Positions 63,790-64,000 of a stretch of 64,000 nt of DNA are shown here, in pieces. Under the pieces are notes generated by a model. It had not been told where the DNA came from, did no database searches, and saw only the letters and a list, made by a program, of their open reading frames with translations. How positions within the stretch are numbered: the first letter of the stretch is position 1; each line of letters begins with the position of its first letter. The position numbers and the translations under genes are program-made. Source of the DNA: Octopus vulgaris (taxonomy: Eukaryota); NCBI GenBank assembly GCA_951406725.2, contig OX597822.1:40176001-40240000 (forward strand). The letters run 5' to 3'.

Positions 63790-64000
63790 TACAAACTCGC
63801 CTACTCGCATATACACAAATACAAACACTCGCACGTACTTATGGATCTTTGTGTATGAAGGTGTGTTTAATGAAATGTAGCTGATCTGTAGAAATATGTT
63901 AAGCATGTTTTCAGTATAATACGCAGCACTCTTTGAATAGCATTTGTTCGTGTCTGAAGATCTTGACGAAGAGTGAAGTGCCTTCAAATGGCTGTGTAAA

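Overview
AT-rich, microsatellite-saturated animal genomic DNA with no credible protein-coding exon. The long ORFs in the supplied track are translations of (TA)n/(CA)n/(TATC)n/(ACC)n repeats or of interspersed repeats. The repeat content strongly suggests an octopus (coleoid cephalopod) intronic or intergenic region; this is an inference from recalled repeat sequences, not a database match. The window holds four tRNA-derived SINE families, called A-D here (about 15 A and 20 B copies). It also holds three copies of a ~385-bp non-autonomous Helitron, mariner/Tc1 MITEs, a mariner transposase relic, RTE-like LINE relics and several long fold-back palindromes. The most notable signals are: (1) several families of short Penelope-like terminal-repeat elements carrying minimal type I hammerhead-ribozyme motifs, one with a consistent CUGUNGA (A6U) core and one built as a head-to-head palindrome with a Pol III B-box remnant; (2) a candidate recursive-splicing ratchet point (poly-Y CAG|GTAAGT) at 50306/50307; (3) a hairpin with canonical pri-miRNA geometry at ~20142-20236; (4) a perfect 91-bp inverted repeat; (5) an 18-unit array of a fixed 28-bp core separated by variable (TA)n spacers. 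Coordinates were read by eye and boundaries of degenerate copies are approximate.
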